A stretch of 64,000 bases of DNA, taken from Macrostomum lignano (Eukaryota). The notes under the pieces were generated by a model. That model worked only from the letters and a program-made list of their open reading frames with translations, made no database searches and had not been told where the DNA came from. Where the stretch lies: contig NIVC01001839.1 of NCBI GenBank assembly GCA_002269645.1, forward strand, positions 153,595-217,594. Reading direction: 5' to 3'. The position numbers and the translations under genes are program-made. Positions 62,480 to 64,000 of this stretch are shown here, piece by piece; position 1 is the first letter of the stretch, and each line of letters opens with the position of its first letter.

Positions 62480-63660
62480 TTGACATGGTGGCTCTTTTAT
62501 GTTTGAAATGAAGTCACTTATATGTTTGACATGGTGAATCTTTTAAATGTTTTACAGGTTGGCTCTTTAATTTTCAACATGGTGGCTCTTTTATGTTCGA
62601 CATAGTGGCTCCTTTATGTTCGACATGGTGGCTCTTTTATGTTCTACATGGTGGTTCTTTTATGTTCGACATGGCGGCTCCTTTATGTTCGACATGGTGG
62701 CTCTCTAATGTTTGACATGGTGGCTCCTTAATGTTTGACATAGTGGCTCTTTAATATTCAACAAAGTGGCTCTTTAATGTTTGACATAATGACTTTTTAA
62801 TGTTCAAAATGGTGGCTCTTTAATGTTTGACATGGTGGCTCTTTAATGTTTGACATGGTGGCTCTTTAATGTTCGACACGATGGCACTTTAATGTTTGAC
62901 ATGGTGGCTCTTTAATGTTTGACATGGTAGCTCTTTAATGTTCGAAATGTTTTTTTTGTTTTACAGTGGCTCTTTAATGTTCAACATGGTGGCTCTTTTT
63001 TGTTTGAAATAAAGTCTCTTATATGTTTGACATGGTGGCTCTTAAATGTTCGGCATGATGGCTCTTTAATGTTCGACATGAAGTCACGTATATGTTTGAT
63101 ATAGAGTCACATATATGTTTTACATAGTGGCTCTTTTATGTTTGACATGGTGGCTCTTTTATGTTTGAAATGGTGGCTCTTTTATGTTTGAAATGGTGGC
63201 TCTTTAATGTTTGACATGGTGGCTCTTTAATGTTCGACATGGTGGCTCTTTACTGTTTGACATAGTGGCTCTTTAATATTCAACATAGTGGCTCTTTAAT
63301 GTTTGACATGGTGGCTCTTTAATGTTTGACACGATGGCACTTTAATGTTTGACATGGTGGCTCTTTAATGTTTGACATGGTGGCTCCATTATGTTTACAT
63401 GGTGGCTCTTTAATTTTTGACATTGTGGCCCTTTAATGTTCGACATGGTGGTTCTTTAATGTTCGACATGGAGTCACGAATATGCTCGACATGGTGGCTC
63501 TTTAATGTTTGACATTGTGGCCTTTTAATGTTCGACATGGTGGCTCTTTGATGTTTGACATGGTGGCTCTTTAATGTTCGACATGGTGGCTCTCTAATTT
63601 TTGACATTGTGGCTCTTTAATGTTCGACATGGAGTCGCGTATATGCTTGGCATGGTGGCC
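62480..63660. repeat. Minisatellite, 23-bp GGTGGCTCTTTAATGTTTGACAT
   Basis: Degenerate tandem. Confidence 0.9.
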
Positions 63661-63704
63661 CTTTTATGTTTAGCATTTTGTGTTTTGAAGGTGTTTTAAC
63701 AAAA

Positions 63705-63781
63705 AAATTATTTTGCTCTACTAAGATTCGAACCCAGGTCACTACATTAGCAGTCCAGTCTGCTCGCATCTAGGCTATCTC
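63705..63781 (-). pseudogene. Degenerate tRNA-like sequence (Ser-GCT-like loop; pseudogene or SINE head)
   Basis: On -: A box TAGCCTAGATG, CT-GCT-AA loop, T arm CTGGG-TTCGAAT-CTTAG, T7 run downstream; the acceptor stem does not pair. Confidence 0.45.
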
Positions 63782-64000
63782 TTTTTTTAATCTGAGAACA
63801 TGAACTGTGGCCCTTTGAATTCAATTCTTACAGCAAGTCAATTGGAGTAAAAAGTTATGACATAATCAATTTCTCGGTCAGCCAGTATCAGTCCCAATTT
63901 AAGTTAGCAATATGGTTACGCAATTTCTATCAAGTAGTGTGTGCATTTCTTTGACACTGTTTTCAACTTTTTGTGATGCAATCTTTATCACAATTGAAAT

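Overview
Eukaryotic (metazoan) genomic DNA with GC-rich exons and introns filled by private minisatellites. The style resembles the free-living flatworm Macrostomum, but that is inference only. There are two convergent multi-exon genes. The first is the DNA polymerase epsilon catalytic subunit POLE on + (17 exons visible, 795-24776; the 5' end lies outside the window). The second is a complete ~2010-aa non-muscle myosin II heavy chain on - (16 exons, 57578-28651). Mobile elements: a Ty3/Gypsy retrotransposon with an uninterrupted pol ORF but deleted gag/PBS in the last POLE intron (5-bp TSD), a tRNA-derived CORE-SINE, a ~510-bp foldback element, a hAT-like MITE, a 38-bp TIR-only micro-element with a perfect 8-bp TSD, and two 18-bp-minisatellite elements sharing a Helitron-type hairpin+CTAG terminus. 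Other highlights: a U12-type (minor spliceosome) intron and a candidate 150-nt loop-1 cassette exon in the myosin gene, an intronic array of E2F-consensus sites in POLE, and minisatellite units that carry splice signals. Most long ORFs in the supplied track are artefacts of tandem repeats. Exon boundaries were read by eye. Array boundaries and copy numbers are approximate.
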